64,000 nucleotides of DNA from Escherichia coli (GTDB lineage Bacteria; Pseudomonadota; Gammaproteobacteria; Enterobacterales; Enterobacteriaceae). The stretch is taken from NCBI RefSeq assembly GCF_003334305.1, contig NZ_QOWS01000004.1. One strand, given 5' to 3'. The translations under genes were made by a program, and so were the position numbers. The notes below the pieces were generated by a model. It worked only from the letters and a program-made list of their open reading frames with translations, was not told the origin of the DNA and did not search any database. How positions within the stretch are numbered: position 1 is the first letter of the stretch; each line of letters opens with the position of its first letter. Positions 35,353 through 47,001 of the stretch are shown one piece after another.

Positions 35353-36408
35353 TTACGCGCAGATAAAGTCCAGCACGTCCTTCATGCTTCCCTGTTTGTT
35401 CATCACGTCAAAACTTGCGCATTCGGTCTTCTGTTCGTAGACCGTATTCATGTTTTCGCGAAGCGTTGTAATACGCTGCACCGCCACATCTAACTGACGT
35501 GTGCCATTAATGGGTTCATAGAAAGCCGCCGCCAGAGAGCGTGGTTGATCGGTGCCTTTTTCTGCCAGCGCCCAGGAGGCGTAGGCACGGCTGGCAAAGC
35601 TGTTCTGTTTGCCGGTTGGGGAGACTTTAAGTGCGGCTTCCGTAAAGGCACGTATGGTCTGATTAGCTAACGCTTCGTCACCGCCAAGGTTTTCGACCAG
35701 CAGATCTTTATCAATGCAGATATAGGTGTAGAACAGTGCAGAACCGAATCCGGTTTCACCAAGATGCCCGGCACCGGCATCTTCAGAAGCCTGGCGCAAA
35801 TCATCAACGGCGGTGAAAAAATCATCTTCGACAATCGTTTCACTGACACCAAATGCGTGCGCTACCTGGCAGGCGGCTTCAACATTAAACTCGGGTTTAT
35901 TCGCCAGCATACGACCAGACATGGCAATATCTACCGCCATACGGTCTTTGCGTAACAACGCGAGATCTTCCTCTTTTGGCGCGCGCTTTTCTTCTGCAAG
36001 CTGATGGGCCAGCGCTTTTACGGCGTCAAATTCTGCCGGGCTGATATGGACTAACTGTTCAGTTTCGGCGTTAGTGAGCGGATCTTTTGGTTTTTTGTCG
36101 TTTTTAGCTTTCCCAAGATAATCTGCAATTTTTGCCGCCCATTCGATGGCTTTTTTCTCTTCGATTCCTTTCTCAATCAGGATAGTTGCCGCCTCACGCG
36201 CAATACGCCCACTGCGAATACCAATATGGCCCGCCAGTGCCTGTTCAAAAAGTGCAGAAGTGCGCCACGCACGTTTCAGACTTTTCGAGGAAACGCGCAG
36301 ACGCGTTGCTCCACCCAGCACCACAGTTTTTGGCGCACCGGTATCATCACGGTTAAGGTTGGCAGCAGGGTAAGCGGTTAACAAATGAAGCTGAATAAAT
36401 GTTGTCAT
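35353..36408 (-). CDS. casC: Cascade subunit CasC/Cas7e
   Basis: 351 aa, ...YPAANLNRDDTGAPKT... Confidence 0.92.
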   Translation of the reverse strand: MTTFIQLHLLTAYPAANLNRDDTGAPKTVVLGGATRLRVSSKSLKRAWRTSALFEQALAGHIGIRSGRIAREAATILIEKGIEEKKAIEWAAKIADYLGKAKNDKKPKDPLTNAETEQLVHISPAEFDAVKALAHQLAEEKRAPKEEDLALLRKDRMAVDIAMSGRMLANKPEFNVEAACQVAHAFGVSETIVEDDFFTAVDDLRQASEDAGAGHLGETGFGSALFYTYICIDKDLLVENLGGDEALANQTIRAFTEAALKVSPTGKQNSFASRAYASWALAEKGTDQPRSLAAAFYEPINGTRQLDVAVQRITTLRENMNTVYEQKTECASFDVMNKQGSMKDVLDFICA

Positions 36409-36419
36409 GAGATAGTCCT

Positions 36420-36956
36420 TTATTGATTTTGTTCGTTATCGGCGTCGCCAGCCTGGTAATATTCCAGCGCCCAGCGGATACGGATAAATTCGGTTGGCCG
36501 CTGCTGGCGGCGGTGATGATTGAGCAGGTCGTCGCTCTCCTGGCACCAACGGAAGACCCCCTCTGCCAGAGAGTCAAGATTGACGGAACCGTTTAATAAT
36601 CTGACTGCGCGGCGTAACTGGCGCAGTAATTCATCCGGTGTTTTTACTGCCGACAGACGAGTAAAACGCCCCTTTGACATTACCGCCGCCAGCTGCGCGG
36701 CAAAAGGCTGCCGTTCATCAATAGCTTTAACATTGGCGCTAACTGCGGCTATCAGCGCCAGTGCGGTGATACGCCACTCAGGTTCATCCTGCCACTTTAT
36801 TTGTCTGTTCTTCAGAAACAGGCGAAATCCATCCGTCAGACAAACATCATTAACCGTCGTACTACGCCGCAGACTGGCACGTTCGCCACGTTTCTCCTGC
36901 AATTCCTCGTGCCATTTGCGCAGCGTGGCTTTGTGCTCCTCTTTTACAATACTCAT
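36420..36956 (-). CDS. casB: Cascade small subunit CasB/Cse2
   Basis: 178 aa; position between casA and casC. Confidence 0.85.
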   Translation of the reverse strand: MSIVKEEHKATLRKWHEELQEKRGERASLRRSTTVNDVCLTDGFRLFLKNRQIKWQDEPEWRITALALIAAVSANVKAIDERQPFAAQLAAVMSKGRFTRLSAVKTPDELLRQLRRAVRLLNGSVNLDSLAEGVFRWCQESDDLLNHHRRQQRPTEFIRIRWALEYYQAGDADNEQNQ

Positions 36957-38515
36957 TCAGCAGCCTCCTGCTTTTTCTCCCTGGCGGCTTTAGCACTTTG
37001 CTTCTCCGCCGATGTTGTGAAATATTTCTTGCGCGCGGTCATAACGCGTTTCAAATCAACAGGCTCATATGGATTGGTGAATACACGCTCGTCAAAATCC
37101 TGACGCGCGAATAACCAAATTTCCTTTTGCCATTTGCCGAGTAATTCGTCCGCATCCTGACCTTCTTCAATTTGGCGCACTAACCTCAGGAAGCGATGCT
37201 GAGTTTTGTTCCAGAAGTCGATATCCACAAAACTGAAATCACCCCGTGCACCTTTTGGATCGGAGAACCACGCTTCTTTCAATGCACTTCGTAACAGACT
37301 TAGAATCCGTGAAGCCGTTTGCGCAGCCAGACGCAGTTTCGGTATCTGGCCTTCTTTTTTCTTGAGCAGCAGCGGGAAATGGTGTTCGTACCAACAGCGC
37401 GCTTTCATGTTGTCGAAATCATAGCCAAATCCCCACAGGCCTACTTTTGCCTGTTTCAGACTGCTGGCATTAAAGAGTTTCACCACCAGCGCGGGAAGTT
37501 CCGTATTGTTTTCTGATTTACCCGTTTCGATAAGGCCTAACCAGTCGCGCCAGATTAAACCGCCCGGTTGTGGTTTGACCGAGTAAAACTCGCCCCCCTC
37601 TTTAAGTGGTATACGGTAAGGCGTTAAGGGATGCTGCCACATGGCATAATTCGCACCGTAATTTTTGGTCGTCATCAGGCTCAGGAGCGCGTCGCTCTGT
37701 TCACCGCAAATATCGCAGTTGCCGACTGTCGTGGTATTAAAATCAATACGAATACGGCGCGGCATTCCCCAGTAAGCCTGGAGTTTATTGACCTGATCAT
37801 GGGTTACCACCGCACCGGCCAGTTCGCTGGTTCGCGTCGGGCCAAGCCAGGGGAAAACCAGATCGTCAAATTTTTTGGGTAGCGGTAAGTCGGCTTCATC
37901 CTGCGGCATCACATTGGGCCACAGTTTGCGCCACAAGGGCGTTTGTTGATTGCCTTGATATTCCTGTAATTCAATCAGAGTGGTCATCGGCCCACCGCCG
38001 CGCAAACCGGTGCGATAGCCTTTGCCGCCTGATGGCGCATTTAACTGTAGGGAGAACAGAGCTAACGCGGAACAATGAGGGCATACGTGTTCAGTCACGC
38101 CACGCTTAATAAAGTGGTCTTTATTAAACTTCGTTGTTTGAGCGCCGGGAATCTCAGGCAGTAGCGAAGCGACCTGAACTTTATCTCCCTTGAGCGCCTC
38201 GAAATCCTGCATAAATGAAGGGGAATCTGCCCCAAACTGGAAAGCGTGTTCTAAGGACAGCAATGCTTCCCGTAGCTTTTCAGCCTCCAGTCCGTCTTCC
38301 CAGATATCATCCCAACGACCGTGATTTTTGGGCGCGAAGCTGGTTTGTAGTAGCCCCAGCAAAAACTGCCAGGCCGCACCCTGGAGATCTGCCCGCGGCG
38401 CAGCGATATCGACAACATTTTCATCAGCCAGATCGACTGGTGCCAGCTTGCCTGTCGTTCCGTCTTTAAAACGAACAGGCAACCACGGGGTTGTCAGAAG
38501 TGAAAACGAGTTCAT
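36953..38515 (-). CDS. casA: Cascade large subunit CasA/Cse1
   Basis: Start chosen at MNSFSLLTTPWLPVR (520 aa), preceded by GAGAGG at 6-nt spacing; the track ORF extends to 38584 (543 aa). Confidence 0.85.
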   Translation of the reverse strand: MNSFSLLTTPWLPVRFKDGTTGKLAPVDLADENVVDIAAPRADLQGAAWQFLLGLLQTSFAPKNHGRWDDIWEDGLEAEKLREALLSLEHAFQFGADSPSFMQDFEALKGDKVQVASLLPEIPGAQTTKFNKDHFIKRGVTEHVCPHCSALALFSLQLNAPSGGKGYRTGLRGGGPMTTLIELQEYQGNQQTPLWRKLWPNVMPQDEADLPLPKKFDDLVFPWLGPTRTSELAGAVVTHDQVNKLQAYWGMPRRIRIDFNTTTVGNCDICGEQSDALLSLMTTKNYGANYAMWQHPLTPYRIPLKEGGEFYSVKPQPGGLIWRDWLGLIETGKSENNTELPALVVKLFNASSLKQAKVGLWGFGYDFDNMKARCWYEHHFPLLLKKKEGQIPKLRLAAQTASRILSLLRSALKEAWFSDPKGARGDFSFVDIDFWNKTQHRFLRLVRQIEEGQDADELLGKWQKEIWLFARQDFDERVFTNPYEPVDLKRVMTARKKYFTTSAEKQSAKAAREKKQEAAE

Positions 38516-38612
38516 ACGCATCCTCTCGTAAAAAAGACCATCCCAGGTCGGTTGTCCATCTTTCCATCCTTTTCGGTGTATCAACTATTCAGAGAGTCCT
38601 GTCGCAGACATC

Positions 38613-41312
38613 TCAACCAACCTTGCCAATCAATCCTTCCGTAGCCGAATACCCGCAACTTTCGTCATCGTTGACTAAAATCACGTTTGCCATCTCCGGA
38701 TCTTGTCGCTGTTCAATGCACCACAGCCTGAACGCCTCTCCCTCCAGTAAAGAAAACTCATCCCGATGTTTTTTCCACCAGCTTCGGCGCACTCTGACAA
38801 CGCTCATTTCCCATGCGTGAGCACCGGTGGCATAAGGCTTCACCACACCGTCAATACAGGTAGCCAGCCACAGGGAAACAGACTCCTCAGCCAGACGTGT
38901 CGACAGTTTTTCCGGGAGGTAATCGTTGATATTGGCGGCATAGCCGGGCCTGAAGTTCAGCACAAACTTTTTAGCCATTGCGCGATCGCAGTAATATTTG
39001 CCCACTTGCTCCTGCTCGCTGCGGGCAAATCCTTCCGGCATTACCACGTCCTCACCGTAGACGGATTCAATAAGAAGCCGGGCTGCGTATGGCATCTGAA
39101 TAGCACCTTGCTCACGCAGCACACGCTGCGTCAGCCAGATTCGCCCATGATCGGGATAGACAAATGCACTGTTACGCATGGCACTGCCAAACCATTCGTC
39201 GCCAGGAGAGTCGTCCCAGACGGGAGCCAGAATCAGCAATTCAGGGGGGGAACGCTCGTCCTTTCCGTCACGCTTTAACTGACCATTAATATCGCGGATA
39301 TGCCGCTGTAATCGTCCTGCTCGCTGAATCAGCAAATCAACAGGGGCCAGGTCGGAGATCATTTCGTCCAGGTCAATATCCACGCTTTGCTCAATTACTT
39401 GTGTACAAACAATGACTTGCGACGCTCTCTGTAAACTACAATATTTACCAAAGCGTGCCAGTGTCTCCGTTTCAATTCGCTGGCGATCGCTAAAAGCAAA
39501 GCGGCTATGAAAAAGTGAAAGGCTGGAAGCAGGAATGACGCCGCGGGCAAGCAGCTGACGATGAACCTTAATAGCGTCATCGACAGAATTCCGGATCCAG
39601 GCGATGCATTTCCCCTGACTTACCGCCGATTCGATACGCGCAATACACTCTTGTTCACTATGAAGCCAACCCACGCTGACGCTACGCTCAACGTCTTTGC
39701 GCGTCGCTACCCGGTGTGAGTTCACATCGGATTTCGTGACATGCGTCAGCCAGGGGTAATCATCCTTTTCCAGGAACGGAGCTTCTTGCAGGCCCTCTGT
39801 ACCCCGCGCAAAGGCAGCGACGAGTTTGTCGCGCTGCTGTTGAGATAACGTGGCAGAAAGCAAAATAACGCTGTTTCCGCCACGCGCCTGCCGCTCGATC
39901 AACCCTTCAAGAATGCACGACATGTAAGCGTCACAGGCGTGGATCTCATCAGCCAGCAGGATTTTGTTACTCAGCCCCAGAAGCCGCAGATTATTATGTT
40001 TGAACGGCATCACCGCCATCATCGCCTGATCCAGCGTGCCGACGCCAATTTCAGCCAGCAACGCCTTCTTGTTACTGTCGGCAAACCAGGCCGCACATCC
40101 CTGACTGAACGTTTGTTCATCCGGTTCTTCTGACCCGACTAAATCACCAGACCAGAGTGATTCATTAAAGCGGTCCATTAATGTGCGGGCACTATGTGCC
40201 AGCACCAGGCTGGGGCGGGATTCTGGCGAATAGAAAGCAAGCCAGGTTTTGACCAGCCGATCGTACATGGCATTGGCCGTTGCCATTGTTGGCAGACCAA
40301 AAAACAGCCCCTGAGCTTTCCCCGCAGCTATCAACCTGTGCGCCAGGATAAGCGCCGCTTCTGTTTTACCTGCGCCAGTCACATCTTCCAGAATAAATAA
40401 CTGCGGTCCTTGCTGGCTGATATCCAGATCCAGCACCTTTTGCTGTAACGGTGTCGGATTCTCAATAAAAGGAAACAGCGTATTAATTCCGTTGAAAGGC
40501 GCGACTTTTGCTTTTAGAGGAAAGACGGTTAAGGCGTTTTGAGCCTGAATTAAAGTTTTCTGCCAGTAACCTTTAATATCCATTGGGTGTGCGACGCGTG
40601 GAAAAAATCGCGTTGACGAACCCGTCCAGTCTGCGAGCACGACGGTTGCAGAGATATACCAGGAAAGGTGTTTTATAAGTTCAATGCCCTCATCATCATC
40701 CCAGAATGCGGGGATCTCTATGAGCGGAAACAGTGGTTTGATTTCAAGGAGAAAATCTCGTGCTGCAGCTTTGTCTTCAGGCAGAAAATTATCCAATTCA
40801 TCCATACGATCAGGGGGCCGACCATGATGCCCTGTCGTCACGGGCATCCACATTTCTATCACTCGCCTAAGTTTGCGCGGAGAGAGCGAAGATGAAGGAA
40901 GTAACTCCTGACATTCACTTAAATAATGATTCCACAACCAGTAGCCCAGCGTTGAATGAGAGATTTTTTCGTAATTTTTTCTGGCACCTTCCTGAATCTT
41001 GAGTTCAGGGGGCAGGTAAAGTTGTTGAAAAGAGCGGGCAAATTTTCCAATATCGTGCCAGCACAGCAACCAGGCGAAAAATTGAGCCGCCTGTTCCTTG
41101 TCAGAAATCCCTAATTGACGAAAATAATCAGCCAGCCCGAAGCAATTTCTTTTAACCATTAAATAGCCCATCGCGGCTACATCCAGCGAATGCCAGCAAA
41201 GAAGGTGATAGTCGTCGCCCCCGTCTTTCTCGCCGCGTCGGGTTTTTCCCCAGAAATCAAAAAAAGTCACAATATTTTTATCCTTCAGTAAACTTAAAGG
41301 ATATTTACGCAT
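38613..41312 (-). CDS. cas3: CRISPR-associated helicase-nuclease Cas3 (HD nuclease + DEAD/DEAH helicase)
   Basis: 899 aa; N-terminal HD motif (HDIGKF) and helicase motif GAGKTEAAL. Confidence 0.93.
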   Translation of the reverse strand: MRKYPLSLLKDKNIVTFFDFWGKTRRGEKDGGDDYHLLCWHSLDVAAMGYLMVKRNCFGLADYFRQLGISDKEQAAQFFAWLLCWHDIGKFARSFQQLYLPPELKIQEGARKNYEKISHSTLGYWLWNHYLSECQELLPSSSLSPRKLRRVIEMWMPVTTGHHGRPPDRMDELDNFLPEDKAAARDFLLEIKPLFPLIEIPAFWDDDEGIELIKHLSWYISATVVLADWTGSSTRFFPRVAHPMDIKGYWQKTLIQAQNALTVFPLKAKVAPFNGINTLFPFIENPTPLQQKVLDLDISQQGPQLFILEDVTGAGKTEAALILAHRLIAAGKAQGLFFGLPTMATANAMYDRLVKTWLAFYSPESRPSLVLAHSARTLMDRFNESLWSGDLVGSEEPDEQTFSQGCAAWFADSNKKALLAEIGVGTLDQAMMAVMPFKHNNLRLLGLSNKILLADEIHACDAYMSCILEGLIERQARGGNSVILLSATLSQQQRDKLVAAFARGTEGLQEAPFLEKDDYPWLTHVTKSDVNSHRVATRKDVERSVSVGWLHSEQECIARIESAVSQGKCIAWIRNSVDDAIKVHRQLLARGVIPASSLSLFHSRFAFSDRQRIETETLARFGKYCSLQRASQVIVCTQVIEQSVDIDLDEMISDLAPVDLLIQRAGRLQRHIRDINGQLKRDGKDERSPPELLILAPVWDDSPGDEWFGSAMRNSAFVYPDHGRIWLTQRVLREQGAIQMPYAARLLIESVYGEDVVMPEGFARSEQEQVGKYYCDRAMAKKFVLNFRPGYAANINDYLPEKLSTRLAEESVSLWLATCIDGVVKPYATGAHAWEMSVVRVRRSWWKKHRDEFSLLEGEAFRLWCIEQRQDPEMANVILVNDDESCGYSATEGLIGKVG

Positions 41313-41507
41313 ATATTAAAAATTATCTGTGATATATATCATTCAATAAAATATTTACATTATGAATAATCAAATAATTTTCATCCGTAATATATATGAA
41401 TAATAAACATAGGCATAATATTCACATAAACAATATAAATTAAAAAAGGGTGCAGGAGACCAAACCATCACAATTCAGTACGCGGGGTTTTACCCCCGCG
41501 TGGTGGC

Positions 41508-41660
41508 TACTTCTTCGATTCGTAAGCGAGAACTGCCTTAAACTCCATACCACGTTCTCTGATACTCAACTCACACAACGAGTCGCCTACCATCAGCGTG
41601 AATCCCAGTACTGTAAAACACAGCACTATGATTGCCACAAGGGCATATTTTGTCAGCATG
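41508..41660 (-). CDS. hokX: Hok-family type I toxin (50 aa), not present in the ORF track
   Basis: Manual translation of the minus strand from ATG 41660-41658, preceded by GGGAGG: [50 protein letters not shown], stop TAG. Hok/Gef signature; the hokX symbol is from memory of the K-12 cysH-cas3 gap. Confidence 0.85.
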
Positions 41661-41923
41661 TCTTGCCTCCCTGCAAAGAAGAGACTAACATTCGAATTGT
41701 TTGGGTTCGAACGTAAGCCTCAGGTTGATAGAAATATCGCCTGGGGCTTTTGTCCATCTGGAACCTCGCGAATGCTTAACGCCAGACAGCCTCAAGCACC
41801 CGACGCCATTCTATACCTGATAATTCTTCCAGCGGCGTTCACGTTTAAAATCAGGAATACTGCTCGCAAAATAAAAACGCCCCCATCATTTCTGACAGAG
41901 GCGTTTAATTTATCCGGCAATAT

Positions 41924-42658
41924 TTACCCTTCGTGCAATCCACATTCCCTTTTTAAGCCAAAGAAACGTGTTTCTTCTTCCGACATGCCAGGTTCCCATT
42001 TACGGGTTGTATGGGTATCACCGACCGATAAATATCCTTCATCCCATAATGGGTGATATTTCAGGCCATGTTTTTGCAGGTACTGATAAATAGTTCGGTT
42101 ATCCCAGTCGATAATCGGCAGCACTTTAAATACGCCACGCTGAATTGCCAGCACCGGTAAATTGGCGCGACTGCCGGATTGTTCACGGCGCAGGCCAGCA
42201 AACCAGGTTTGCGCGTTAAGTTCTTTCAGAGCCCGGTTCATCGGTTCGACTTTGTTGATGTCATTGTACTTTTCAATGCCTTCAACGCCCTGTTCCCACA
42301 GTTTGCCGTAGCGTGCTTCCTGCCAGGCGGCGCTTTCGGTAGCGCGGTACACTTTCAGGTTGAGCTTGAGTTTGTCCGTTAACTCGTCAATAAAGCGGTA
42401 GGTTTCCGGGAACAGATAGCCGGTGTCGGTGAGGATCACCGGAATATCCGGGTGAATCTGATTCACCAGATGCAGGCTCACCGCCGCCTGAATGCCAAAG
42501 CTGGAAGAAAGTACATATTCACCGGGCAGATTATCCAGCGCCCAGGCAACGCGGCCTTCAGCGTCCAGTTTTTCCAGTTCGGCGTTAGTTTCTGCCAGCG
42601 CCAGAATGCGATCTACCTTCGGCAGTTCGTTCAGGGCGTTTAGATCGAGTTTGGACAT
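41924..42658 (-). CDS. cysH: Phosphoadenosine phosphosulfate reductase
   Basis: Start chosen at [13 protein letters not shown] (244 aa) inside the 295-aa track ORF, which extends upstream across a REP element. Confidence 0.93.
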   Translation of the reverse strand: MSKLDLNALNELPKVDRILALAETNAELEKLDAEGRVAWALDNLPGEYVLSSSFGIQAAVSLHLVNQIHPDIPVILTDTGYLFPETYRFIDELTDKLKLNLKVYRATESAAWQEARYGKLWEQGVEGIEKYNDINKVEPMNRALKELNAQTWFAGLRREQSGSRANLPVLAIQRGVFKVLPIIDWDNRTIYQYLQKHGLKYHPLWDEGYLSVGDTHTTRKWEPGMSEEETRFFGLKRECGLHEG

Positions 42659-42679
42659 AGATTCCTCACTGTTTGCCTT

Positions 42680-42716
42680 GCCTGATGCGACGCTCACGCG
42701 TCTTATCAGGCCTACA
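42680..42716. repeat. REP element in cysI-cysH intergenic region
   Basis: gcctgatgcgacgctcacgcgtcttatcaggcctaca; an almost identical copy is at 49183. Confidence 0.7.
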
Positions 42717-42731
42717 AGACCGGGCTGATGG

Positions 42732-44444
42732 TTAATCCCACAAATCGCGCGCCGGATCGAGCACCGGGCGAATGATGCCCGCACGCACCGTAAAGTCGCC
42801 GAAGCCTTCACCCGCTTCGCGCTCTTTCGCCCAGCGCCCTATCAGTTCATCAAGCGACGCCAGGATTTCCGGCTCGGTGATGTTTTCTTTATACATCCGT
42901 GGGATACGTGTCCCAATGCGGTTGCCGCCAAGATGCAGGTTGTAGCGACCCGGCGCTTTACCCACCAGGCCCACTTCCGCCAGCATCGCGCGACCACAAC
43001 CGTTCGGGCAGCCTGTTACACGCATCACGATATGCTCATCGCTGACACCATGTTTCGCCATTAAATTATCGATGTTGTCGATAAAAGACGGCAGGAAACG
43101 CTCTGCTTCCGCCATCGCCAGCGGGCAAGTCGGGAACGAGACGCAGGCCATCGAGTTTTCACGCTGCGGCGTGACGGCATTCATTAACCCGCTCTCTTTG
43201 GCGATCTTCTCGATCTTCGCTTTCTCGCTTTCCGGTACACCGGCGATGATCAGATTCTGGTTCGCCGTAATGCGGAAATCGCCTTTGTGGATCTTCGCGA
43301 TCTCCAGCAGGCCGGTTTTCAGCGGACGCCCCGGATAATCAAGGATGCGACCATTTTCGATAAACAGCGTCAGGTGCCAGTTATCATCAATGCCCTTAAC
43401 CCAGCCAATACGATCGCCTCGTCCGGTGAACTCATATGGACGGATCGGTTCAAATTTGATCCCCGCGCGACGCTCCACTTCCGCTTTAAACGTCTCAACC
43501 CCCACGCGCTCCAGCGTGTATTTGGTTTTGGCATTTTTACGATCGGTTCGGTTACCCCAGTCACGCTGAGTTGTCACGACGGCTTCGGCCACCGCCAGCG
43601 TATGCTCCAGCGGCAGATAGCCAAACTCGCTCGCCGTGCGGGCGTAGGTTTTCTTGTTGCCGTGTTCGATAGAAAGCCCACCGCCCACCAGCAGGTTGAA
43701 GCCTACCAGCTTGCCGTTTTCGGCGATTGCCACGAAGTTCATGTCGTTGGCATGCAGATCGATATCGTTCTGCGGCGGGATCACTACCGTGGTTTTGAAC
43801 TTACGCGGCAGGTAGGTCTGACCAAGGATCGGTTCTTCATCAGTAGTGGCGACTTTTTCCTGGTCGAGCCAGATCTCCGCATACGCGCGGGTACGAGGCA
43901 ACAGATGCTCAGAAATCTTCTTCGCCCACTCGTACGCTTCCGCGTGCAGCTGCGACTCGTAAGGGTTCGAGGTGCAGAGTACGTTACGGTTCATGTCGTT
44001 AGCTGTCGCCAGCGCATCAAGACCGACCGAGTGCAGCATCTGGTGCACCGGTTTGACGTTCTTTTTCAGAATGCCGTGGAACTGAAACGTCTGGCGGTTG
44101 GTCAGGCGAATGCTGCCATAGATGGTGTTTTCACCGGCAAATTTATCGATCGCTTGCCACTGTTTGGTGGTGATCACGCCACCCGGCAGACGACAGCGCA
44201 ACAGCATCGCATGGCGCGGCTCCAGCTTCTGTTCAGCACGTTCGGCGCGGATGTCGCGGTCATCCTGCTGATACATGCCGTGGAAGCGGATCAGCAGGAA
44301 GTTATCGCCCTTAAAGCCGCCGGTCAGACCGTCGTTTAAATCTTCCGCAATGGTGCCGCGCAGGTAGTTGCTTTCAAGCTTCATGCGCTCGGCGTCTGTC
44401 AGTTTACCTTCGACCACTAAAGGCCCTGGATGTTTTTCGCTCAT
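42732..44444 (-). CDS. cysI: Sulfite reductase hemoprotein beta subunit
   Basis: 570 aa. Confidence 0.96.
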   Translation of the reverse strand: MSEKHPGPLVVEGKLTDAERMKLESNYLRGTIAEDLNDGLTGGFKGDNFLLIRFHGMYQQDDRDIRAERAEQKLEPRHAMLLRCRLPGGVITTKQWQAIDKFAGENTIYGSIRLTNRQTFQFHGILKKNVKPVHQMLHSVGLDALATANDMNRNVLCTSNPYESQLHAEAYEWAKKISEHLLPRTRAYAEIWLDQEKVATTDEEPILGQTYLPRKFKTTVVIPPQNDIDLHANDMNFVAIAENGKLVGFNLLVGGGLSIEHGNKKTYARTASEFGYLPLEHTLAVAEAVVTTQRDWGNRTDRKNAKTKYTLERVGVETFKAEVERRAGIKFEPIRPYEFTGRGDRIGWVKGIDDNWHLTLFIENGRILDYPGRPLKTGLLEIAKIHKGDFRITANQNLIIAGVPESEKAKIEKIAKESGLMNAVTPQRENSMACVSFPTCPLAMAEAERFLPSFIDNIDNLMAKHGVSDEHIVMRVTGCPNGCGRAMLAEVGLVGKAPGRYNLHLGGNRIGTRIPRMYKENITEPEILASLDELIGRWAKEREAGEGFGDFTVRAGIIRPVLDPARDLWD

Positions 44445-46243
44445 TAGTAGACATCTCGCTGATAACGGCGCTCTACGCGCAGCTCACTTAAAAATTCATC
44501 CGCCGCTTCGGTGTCCATGCCACCAAATTCGGCAATCACTTCCAGAAGTGCCTGCTCAACGTCTTTCGCCATGCGATTAGCGTCACCGCAGACATAAATA
44601 TGGGCACCGTCATTGATCCAGCGCCACAGCTCCGCGCCCTGTTCGCGCAGTTTGTCTTGTACGTAAACTTTTTCTTTTTGGTCGCGCGACCAGGCGAGAT
44701 CGATCCGCGTCAGCACACCCTCTTTGACGTAGCGCTGCCACTCCACCTGGTAGAGGAAATCTTCCGTAAAGTGCGGGTTGCCAAAGAACAGCCAGTTTTT
44801 ACCCGGTGCTTCGTCGGCAGCACGTTGCTGCATAAAGGCGCGGAACGGCGCGATGCCGGTGCCTGGGCCAATCATAATCACCGGGGTTTCCGGGTTAGCG
44901 GGCAGGCGGAAGTTATCGTTATGTTCGATAAATACGCGGAGTTCGCCCTCTTCTTCCACGCGGTCCGCGAGGAAGCTGGAGGCACCACCGGCACGGGCGC
45001 GGCCTTCCACGTCGTAACGCACCACACCAACGGTGACGTGTACTTCGTTCTCGACTTCCGCCTGCGAGGAGGCGATGGAATACAGACGCGGCGTCAGCGG
45101 GCGCAGCAGATTAATTAGCGCTTCGGCATCAAGCTGTGCCGGGGAGAAACGCACCATGTCAACAATCGGCGTCGTCGCGGCGTAATGCTGTAACTTCGCT
45201 TTATCGCCCACCAGCGGCAGCAGTGTTTCACTGCGGGTAAGCGTGGCGTAATTCTCAACAATGTTGGCGGTGTTGACGGTCAGTTCGAAGTGCCACTGTA
45301 GCGCTTCGTTCAGAGGCAACGTTTTGCCCTCGACGGTGACAGGTTCATCGCCTGTCAGCCACAGCAGTTCGACAAGTTCTTTCACCAGTGCCGGATCGTT
45401 CTGATACCAGACGCCCAGCGCGTCACCCGGCTGGTAACGCAGGCCCGAGTCACCTAAGTCAATTTCGATATGGCGAACGTCTTTTTCAGAGTTACGCCCG
45501 GTAATTTTCTGGTTAACAGAGAGGCTAGCCACCAGTGGCGCGTCTTTGCTGTACGGGCTGGTGTGGATTTCATTTACCGCGCCAGTAGCGACGGATTGCG
45601 AAGGTGCCGCGACAGGCGCACGCGATTTAAGCGCATCAACCACGCGGGCGCGCCACTCGCTGGCAGCAGCCTGGTATTCAACATCGGCATCGACACGGTC
45701 GAGCAGGCGTTCACCGCCCAGTTCCGCCAGCTTGCTGTCGAAATCTTTCCCGGACTGGCAGAAAAATTCATAAGAGCTATCGCCGAGGCTAAACACGGCA
45801 AACGCGGTGTTTTCCAGCTTTGGCGCTTTTTTGGAGAACAGGAACTTATGCAGCGCGACGGCTTCTTCCGGCGGTTCCCCTTCCCCTTGCGTTGACGTCA
45901 CCACGATAAGCAGTTTTTCGCTGGCGATTTGTTTGAATTTATAGTCGCCCGCGTTCACCAGCTTAACGTTCAGTTTTGCCGTCAATAAATCATCGCGTAA
46001 TGCTTCAGCAACCCGGCGCGCATTGCCGGTTTGCGAAGCAGAGATAATAGTTATACCCGGCATTTCTGCGGCTGGCGCTGGCGTCGCTGCAAGCGCAGCA
46101 GGCTGCTGATTGAGCACGCCCCAGAAATAGCCAGAAACCCAGGCAAGCTGGGTGGGAGTTAAATCGGTCGTGGCCGCCTGAAGGCGTGCCAGTTGCTCCG
46201 GGTTCAACGGAAGCAACGCGGAAGGTGGGACCTGTGTCGTCAT
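44444..46243 (-). CDS. cysJ: Sulfite reductase flavoprotein alpha subunit
   Basis: 599 aa; flavodoxin-like and FAD/NADPH-binding domains. Confidence 0.96.
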   Translation of the reverse strand: MTTQVPPSALLPLNPEQLARLQAATTDLTPTQLAWVSGYFWGVLNQQPAALAATPAPAAEMPGITIISASQTGNARRVAEALRDDLLTAKLNVKLVNAGDYKFKQIASEKLLIVVTSTQGEGEPPEEAVALHKFLFSKKAPKLENTAFAVFSLGDSSYEFFCQSGKDFDSKLAELGGERLLDRVDADVEYQAAASEWRARVVDALKSRAPVAAPSQSVATGAVNEIHTSPYSKDAPLVASLSVNQKITGRNSEKDVRHIEIDLGDSGLRYQPGDALGVWYQNDPALVKELVELLWLTGDEPVTVEGKTLPLNEALQWHFELTVNTANIVENYATLTRSETLLPLVGDKAKLQHYAATTPIVDMVRFSPAQLDAEALINLLRPLTPRLYSIASSQAEVENEVHVTVGVVRYDVEGRARAGGASSFLADRVEEEGELRVFIEHNDNFRLPANPETPVIMIGPGTGIAPFRAFMQQRAADEAPGKNWLFFGNPHFTEDFLYQVEWQRYVKEGVLTRIDLAWSRDQKEKVYVQDKLREQGAELWRWINDGAHIYVCGDANRMAKDVEQALLEVIAEFGGMDTEAADEFLSELRVERRYQRDVY

Positions 46244-46558
46244 GCGTCGTTATGTTCCAGTAAGCAAAGCTGTTTCTGCGCCCTGTCAGCGCCCATAAAA
46301 CAGAAGAGAAGGTAAGGTTAACGGGGCAAATGGTGTGGATTAAAGACGGGATAGCGATAACTAATAACCAAATCGACTAACCTGTTTTAGCAATAGTCTT
46401 TAACAACAAAATAGATTAACCAACCCAATGAAAAACAAATGAATTTAGCCAATCATTAAGATAAATCAGCGATTTTGCGCAACAAAGTCGTTTTAGATAA
46501 TGCGAAAAAACAGCCTTTCCGGTACTCTACGGCGGTTTTATCGTCCTGTAGAGAAATT

Positions 46559-46924
46559 ATGATGTCCACCACGTTATTTAAAGATTTCACCTTCGAAGCC
46601 GCTCACCGCTTACCACACGTCCCGGAAGGGCATAAATGTGGTCGCCTGCACGGGCATTCCTTTATGGTGCGACTGGAAATTACCGGGGAAGTCGATCCGC
46701 ATACGGGCTGGATTATCGATTTCGCTGAACTAAAAGCGGCGTTTAAACCAACCTACGAGCGCCTCGATCACCATTATCTCAATGATATTCCAGGTCTGGA
46801 AAACCCAACCAGCGAGGTTTTAGCAAAATGGATTTGGGATCAGGTTAAACCCGTTGTGCCGCTGTTAAGTGCGGTGATGGTAAAAGAAACCTGTACCGCA
46901 GGTTGTATCTATCGCGGCGAATGA
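46559..46924 (+). CDS. queD: 6-carboxy-5,6,7,8-tetrahydropterin synthase QueD
   Basis: Start chosen at [18 protein letters not shown] (121 aa) inside the 149-aa track ORF. Confidence 0.9.
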   Translation: MMSTTLFKDFTFEAAHRLPHVPEGHKCGRLHGHSFMVRLEITGEVDPHTGWIIDFAELKAAFKPTYERLDHHYLNDIPGLENPTSEVLAKWIWDQVKPVVPLLSAVMVKETCTAGCIYRGE

Positions 46925-47001
46925 TAAGAGTGTGTCGGCGGTCAATTTCCCTTAAGTAACGCTATGTTAGGGTGTTGTGTTCTGGATATCTGGGGCATGA
47001 C

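Noticed and set aside
41598-42056. 152-aa plus-strand ORF spanning the hok region and the cysH 3' end
   Set aside because: It overlaps the real hok gene and cysH in antisense, and its product is not protein-like.
43287-44339. 350-aa ORF antisense to cysI, and similar long antisense ORFs (61126-62355 opposite eno, 52402-53328 opposite ygcU, 13999-14634 opposite ygbK, 8774-9379 opposite mutS, 38766-39278 opposite cas3)
   Set aside because: These are shadow ORFs on the strand opposite well-supported genes; the products are low-complexity and Arg/Ala-rich with no start context.
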